A stretch of DNA of 56,816 nucleotides from Eubacteriales bacterium (GTDB taxonomy: Bacteria; Bacillota; Clostridia; Oscillospirales; CAG-382): assembly GCA_045652625.1 (NCBI GenBank), contig JAZRUR010000054.1, positions 1 through 56,816 of the forward strand, written 5' to 3'. The notes below the pieces were generated by a model. The model was not told where the DNA came from. It did no database searches and was given only the letters and a program-made list of their open reading frames with translations. The translations under genes were made by a program, and so were the position numbers. Shown here piece by piece: positions 56,764-56,816 of the stretch. Numbering within the stretch: the first letter of the stretch is position 1; every line of letters begins with the position of its first letter.

Positions 56764-56816
56764 ATATAAAAATTCTCCTTGTTTTTACATTTGTGGTGTT
56801 ATTATTTGTAAAAATG

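Overview
This is a chromosomal segment from a spore-forming Clostridia-type (Bacillota) bacterium, inferred from spoVT, the pepQ-like/efp/CD1247-like synteny, the L20 leader and sigma-A style promoters. The left and central part is mostly housekeeping: a TIM-barrel/acyl-CoA ligase fusion (5'-truncated), Xaa-Pro peptidase, efp, rpsU (missed by the ORF track), infC-rpmI-rplT, amidase, htrA with an orphan histidine kinase, 5'-nucleotidase, small alarmone synthetase, mnmE-mnmG-rsmG, secA, surface proteins and SulP. About 29-50.4 kb is a cell-surface glycan region. It holds an MBOAT/SGNH O-acylation pair, a lipoprotein with GT80 sialyltransferase-like motifs, a RACo/ASKHA protein and a ~15 kb Wzx/Wzy capsule/EPS operon. 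That operon carries a redox-type tailoring set (pyruvyl transferase, FrhB-like protein, free ferredoxin, radical SAM) and a priming glycosyltransferase that appears to start at an ATC codon. The right end has asd, a GNAT, an acidic LRR surface protein, a metal permease and spoVT. I saw no tRNA, rRNA, CRISPR array, integrase or transposase. The most notable leads are the GT80-like lipoprotein, the EPS redox module, the ATC-initiated priming GT and a nested-palindrome element with a 12-bp direct repeat at 5.95-6.17 kb. All product calls come from motif recognition by eye, not from database searches.
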